From Monocercomonoides exilis PA203 (taxonomy: Eukaryota > Protista > Preaxostyla), in assembly GCA_001643675.2 (NCBI GenBank), contig LSRY02000032.1, forward strand, positions 806,001-870,000: DNA of 64,000 bases. The letters are read 5' to 3'. The notes beneath the pieces are model-generated. The model had not been told where the DNA came from. It did not search any database and saw only the letters and a program-made list of their open reading frames with translations. The position numbers were made by a program, and so were the translations under genes. Numbering within the stretch: position 1 is the stretch's first letter; the number at the start of each line of letters is the position of its first letter. Positions 62,853 to 64,000 of this stretch are shown here, one piece after another.

Positions 62853-64000
62853 ATGGAGAAGAAATAGGAGAAAATGAGATCAGCAAAACATCAAAGAATA
62901 GAAAGGATAGAATAGAAATGAGAAAAGAAGACAATAGAGAATGAGTTTTCACGCAAAATAAAAAAGGTTGTTGAAATTGGTATTTGAAAAAAAAATGAAA
63001 AATTGTAAAAAGTATTTTAGACAAAGCAGGAAAAATTTTAAAAATTCGAAGCAACGTCGATTTTTTGGTTTGACAATTTGCTTCAAGAAACTCTTTCATT
63101 TTTTTCTTCAGAAGTGTTTTCCAATATTTATTTAGAATAATGAAACAAAAATAATAAAACATTTCACATATAAGGAAAATATTTCACTTCAGGCACTTTC
63201 ATAGAAAAATTTTGCACTTTTCATCGAATTTTTACGATCAAAAAACACACTAAAAATGAGTCCATTTTTTTTACATTCGTAAAATGTCACAAAACATTTT
63301 GTTATTTCATCAATGAAACCTTCTAATGGATTTAAAAATCAAATTAATTTTTAAATCTGAGAAAGAAAAAATTAAGTTAAGAGTGAAGCAATTTTACATT
63401 GCCTTGTAAAAAAAAATGCTTAAAAGTTCGTATTTTCGTCCAAATAATAAATAAATGTGACAAGCAATCTTTTTGTTCTTTTTTTAAATTTATTATATTT
63501 TTTTCTTAATTTATTTATTTTTTTTATCTATGGATTCTGCAGTGACAGAACTGATGGCAGTTGACTCAATTGACAATTTTTGATTTAAAAATGCAAACAA
63601 GTCAGAACGATCAATTTCCCATTGTTGTATTCCAAATAATTATTTATTTTTTATTTTTTATTCTAAAAATTTTGGTTTTTTTTTACAATAATTTATTTTT
63701 GTTATAGTATTAATTTATTCATTTTTGTTTATATTTTGTTTCTGCAATTCCGTCAATTCTTCAACGTTTTTTTCTATAAATCCTTCAGTTACACATGCTT
63801 TATTCAATGAAAGAAATGACGTAACAGATCTAACTTGAACAACATTAATCTTTTGGGATATAACATTTAAACATTTATCAAAAATTATTTCTTTCTTTGA
63901 TCAAATGTTTCTGATCCAATAAATGTAATTAATAAATCTAATTTTTCATCTACAAACCATTTGTAACATCAAGCTAACAAAGTTGATTTTGTTTTTTTAT

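Noticed and set aside
60237-63162. Short ORFs in the right-hand AT-rich region, including 61943-62203 as a possible pseudogene or transposase relic
   Set aside because: No recognisable motifs, stops in adjacent sequence, and overlap with non-coding repeats; no consistent exon chain could be built.
1-64000. Alternative genetic code (TAA/TAG = Gln) as in some oxymonads
   Set aside because: Multi-kb ORFs are open under the standard code, and genes end at TAA, TAG or TGA.
1-64000. tRNA, rRNA, CRISPR arrays or telomeric repeats
   Set aside because: None recognised by eye; a covariance-model search was not possible.

Overview
This is eukaryotic, gene-dense protist DNA in the standard genetic code, with short AT-rich spliceosomal introns (44-137 nt), very AT-rich intergenic DNA, and proteins padded with poly-Ser or acidic insertions. 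The overall style suggests an oxymonad/metamonad such as Monocercomonoides; this is inference, not tested. Eleven protein-coding genes could be modelled by hand: a DOCK-family GEF running off the left edge, WBP4/FBP21, a type-I membrane S41 (CPAF-like) peptidase, a TmcB/TmcC-like polytopic membrane protein ending in a hemerythrin-like domain, a large protein with a conserved N-terminal domain and nine Y-x(3-4)-F-E motifs, a small unknown protein, a stand-alone tandem-CH protein, a ~6,685-aa VPS13, a kelch/coiled-coil protein, an Rlp7/uL30-like protein and CDKAL1/e-MtaB. The most notable observation is that the hemerythrin domain keeps the three Fe1 histidines and both bridging carboxylates but has lost both histidines of the O2-binding iron. 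Also notable are several fold-back (MITE-like) elements, two of which share an arm motif ~48 kb apart, and 5' splice sites that are almost all +4U (GTTTG dominant). Nothing was run computationally: family calls come from motif recognition and exon models from frame checking.
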